A program made the translations under genes and the position numbers. Under the pieces are notes generated by a model. That model saw only the letters and a list, made by a program, of their open reading frames with translations, did not search any database and was not told the origin of the DNA. This document shows, in pieces, positions 63,066-63,880 of a stretch of 63,880 bases of DNA; position 1 is the stretch's first letter, and the number at the start of each line of letters is the position of its first letter. The DNA comes from a virus (lineage: Duplodnaviria > Caudoviricetes): positions 1 to 63,880 of IMG/VR virus record IMGVR_UViG_3300022833_000010, one strand, 5' to 3'.

Positions 63066-63880
63066 ACCGACGTTGAAGTCAATAGCTACATGGATATCTT
63101 CTTTAGCATCAAAGTAAGGAAGGTCTTTATCAATATGCTCTGCACGATTAAAGGTGTAGAATACAGTGTTACCGGAGTCCTCAAAGGACGCTGAATACTC
63201 TCTGGCAAACTTAAGAGGATCAAGTGTTAGTTTTACTCTCTCAATTTCTTCTGGGTCTAAGTAAGGAGAGTCTGTGTAAGTATAAGTATAGGACTTCCAC
63301 TGATCATCACTATCTTGGCGGTTATACATTTCATGGAAGTAGTTATATCCCATTGGAGTGCTAATGATTAAAGCGCGTCCGGGTTTTGCACCCCAACGGT
63401 CTGCGTTCTTCTTAGACCAACGTGTAGAGATACAGGGCTGAATAACAGACTCCCAAGATTCCTTTAAGTTGGAACCTGCACCTTTCCAAGAGCAGACCTC
63501 ATCGGCTACAACAAAGTACTGACCACTACCACGCATACGCTCAATGGCCTCATAAGACCAAATCTTAAGGGTTACATTGTTAGGGAACCAAAACATACCT
63601 GCTACCCTGCTGGACTTAATAGCGGATTCTTCTCCACCTAGCATGTAGGCTACAATAGGGTAGTAGATGTCTACAGCCTGTGCATAGGTAGGTGCAATGA
63701 TAGCTACATTCTTGTTAGGCACTTCTGCTGGAAGGTCAATAAGTTCTTGTACCGCTAACATAGCAGCAGTGGCCCCTAAGACTGACTTACCGAAACCACG
63801 GGAAGCGTTGACAACCATATAGCGTACAACATTGTCAACAAACATATCAGAGATAACCGCTGACTGTCCTTCATGTAGTA
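63066..63880 (-). CDS. terL: Terminase large subunit, exon 1 (ATPase domain; start beyond window)
   Basis: LHEGQ, ASRGFGKS Walker A, APTYAQA, VVADE, ISTPMG.N.F, F.REY.ASF. Confidence 0.93.

Noticed and set aside
1-63880. Lysogeny module, DGR/reverse transcriptase, IS elements, CRISPR array
   Set aside because: No integrase, repressor pair, RT or transposase motifs seen; the HTH at 26733 is stand-alone with no DDE partner

Overview
This is a near-complete (~64 kb) genome of a lytic tailed phage, most likely a siphovirus of a marine alphaproteobacterium (Rhodobacteraceae-like hints: DUF1127 protein, SleB hydrolase, GTA-type 3TM holin, class II RNR). Every credible gene is on the minus strand. 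The window starts inside the small terminase gene and ends inside the large terminase gene, so the ends nearly join. In transcription order the genome runs: terL (split by a group I intron carrying an HNH gene), fibre/structural genes, phoH, tail tip, holin/endolysin, tandem promoters, portal, tRNA cluster, a 1479-aa MuF/SPP1-gp7 head protein fused to a T7-like RNA polymerase, scaffold, capsid, tail, tape measure, an early region, a second stand-alone T7-like RNAP, and T7-like replication and nucleotide-metabolism genes among many small ORFs. The most striking system is an apparent two-polymerase cascade. A capsid-packaged MuF-RNAP fusion and a free RNAP coexist with two distinct repeated promoter-like motifs: CCCTCTATAATGAA (3 copies, early region only) and AAATACCCGCAAATAATGAT (5 perfect copies before middle/late modules). 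Other notable elements are a covarying 28-nt pseudoknot in two copies, a tRNA-like RNA with no anticodon arm, a 40-bp G-U-rich terminator hairpin, a dispersed CAARGCCCGTACAAT motif, a candidate origin/sRNA locus and apparent CCWGG avoidance. All calls come from reading motifs by eye; no database searches were run.
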